Origin: Candidatus Nanohalobium sp.
Lineage (GTDB): Archaea > Nanohalarchaeota > Nanosalinia > Nanosalinales > Nanosalinaceae
Reading direction: 5' to 3'
NCBI GenBank assembly: GCA_042217545.1
Contig: JBDGSM010000061.1
Coordinates: forward strand, 1-7,941
Length of the DNA stretch: 7,941 nucleotides
In this document: in pieces, positions 7,614 through 7,941 of the stretch
Layout: every line of letters starts with the position of its first letter
How positions within the stretch are numbered: the stretch's first letter is position 1
Notes under the pieces: model-generated
What the model saw: the letters and a program-made list of their open reading frames with translations, nothing else
Databases searched by the model: none
What the model was told of the DNA's origin: nothing
Translations under genes and position numbers: made by a program

Positions 7614-7941
7614 GGAGGTGATCCAGCCGATGGTTCCCCAACGGCTACCTTGTTATGACTTAGCCCCCCTTGCCAAGCTCAGACTCGGGTTCGGAAAACC
7701 GAATCCTCGTCTGAACCTGACTCGGGTGACTTGACAGGCAGTGTGTACAAGGAGCAGGGACATATTCGCCGCTAGATGATGACCAGCGACTACTACCGAT
7801 TTCGCCTTCACGAGGCCGAGTTGCAGGCCTCGATTCGTATTAGGACCGGGTTTGGGAGGTTAGCTTCCCCTCTCGGGGTCGCATCTCTTTGTTCCGGCCA
7901 TTGTAGGCCGCGTGTATCCCAGAGCATTCGGGCCATACTGA
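7614..7941 (-). rRNA. rrs: Archaeal 16S rRNA, 3' end (continues beyond the right edge)
   Basis: Minus strand reads ...GAATATGTCCCTGCTCCTTGTACACACTGCCTGTC...AAGTCATAACAAGGTAGCCG...GGCTGGATCACCTCC. The archaeal CCCTGCTCCTTG signature and the anti-SD tail are present. Confidence 0.98.

Noticed and set aside
7552..7734. 60-aa ORF antisense to the 16S 3' end
   Set aside because: Shadow ORF over rRNA.

Overview
Archaeal window, probably a salt-in halophile of the DPANN type such as Nanohaloarchaeota (inferred from divergent archaeal rRNA, very acidic proteins and a KG|QSAIEY pilin; not searched). On the minus strand lie the 3' end of 16S rRNA (7614-7941) and the 5' ~2.3 kb of 23S rRNA (1-~2326). 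They are in operon order but ~5.3 kb apart. The gap holds six protein genes on both strands: an MFS transporter, a degenerate PEBP, an acidic hypothetical, a coiled-coil protein, a type IV pilin-like protein and an APH-like kinase. It also holds a tRNA-Ala(UGC) oriented opposite to the rRNAs. The tRNA locus is the most unusual part: it has a 133-nt BHB-type intron built of three related hairpins, followed by two tandem hairpin units that each end in a copy of the tRNA 3' end. Other notable points are substitutions in the 16S decoding region, a probable CTG start, and altered active-site motifs in two proteins.
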